Of a DNA stretch of 64,000 bases, positions 63,996 to 64,000 are shown piece by piece. The notes beneath the pieces are model-generated. The model saw only the letters and a list, made by a program, of their open reading frames with translations, had not been told where the DNA came from and did not search any database. Every line of letters starts with the position of its first letter. Positions within the stretch are counted from its first letter, which is position 1. Origin of the DNA: Haliotis rubra (taxonomy: Eukaryota); contig NW_025765499.1 of assembly GCF_003918875.1 (NCBI RefSeq), forward strand, positions 1-64,000. Reading direction: 5' to 3'. The position numbers were made by a program, and so were the translations under genes.

Positions 63996-64000
63996 TTAAC

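Overview
This is eukaryotic, repeat-rich animal DNA. The SINE/LINE families look molluscan, probably a gastropod such as abalone (inference, not verified). Host genes: (1) two tandem, intronless, highly divergent Cys-loop (nAChR-like) channel subunits on the minus strand. The copy at 20670-21788 is intact; the copy at 3813-4941 has a 1-bp frameshift before M4. Both lack the acetylcholine-binding aromatic box and resemble chemosensory-type receptors. (2) A CYP1-like cytochrome P450 with a single coding exon (41259-42791). (3) A complete 4-coding-exon UBL5/Hub1 gene (48243-58684, minus) that the ORF track misses. It has two U12 (minor-spliceosome) introns and a 4.3-kb satellite of 92-bp units in its U2 intron. 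(4) A possible decayed cGAS/Mab-21-like gene at the left end. The rest is nested LINE remnants (CR1 with a 2A-like motif, L2, RTE-X-like, I/Nimb, R4/Dong, Rex1-like), a Penelope element, Penelope-derived palindromes carrying variant hammerhead ribozyme cores, tRNA-SINEs, Tc1 remnants, MITEs and minisatellites. TE boundaries and clade names are by eye and approximate.
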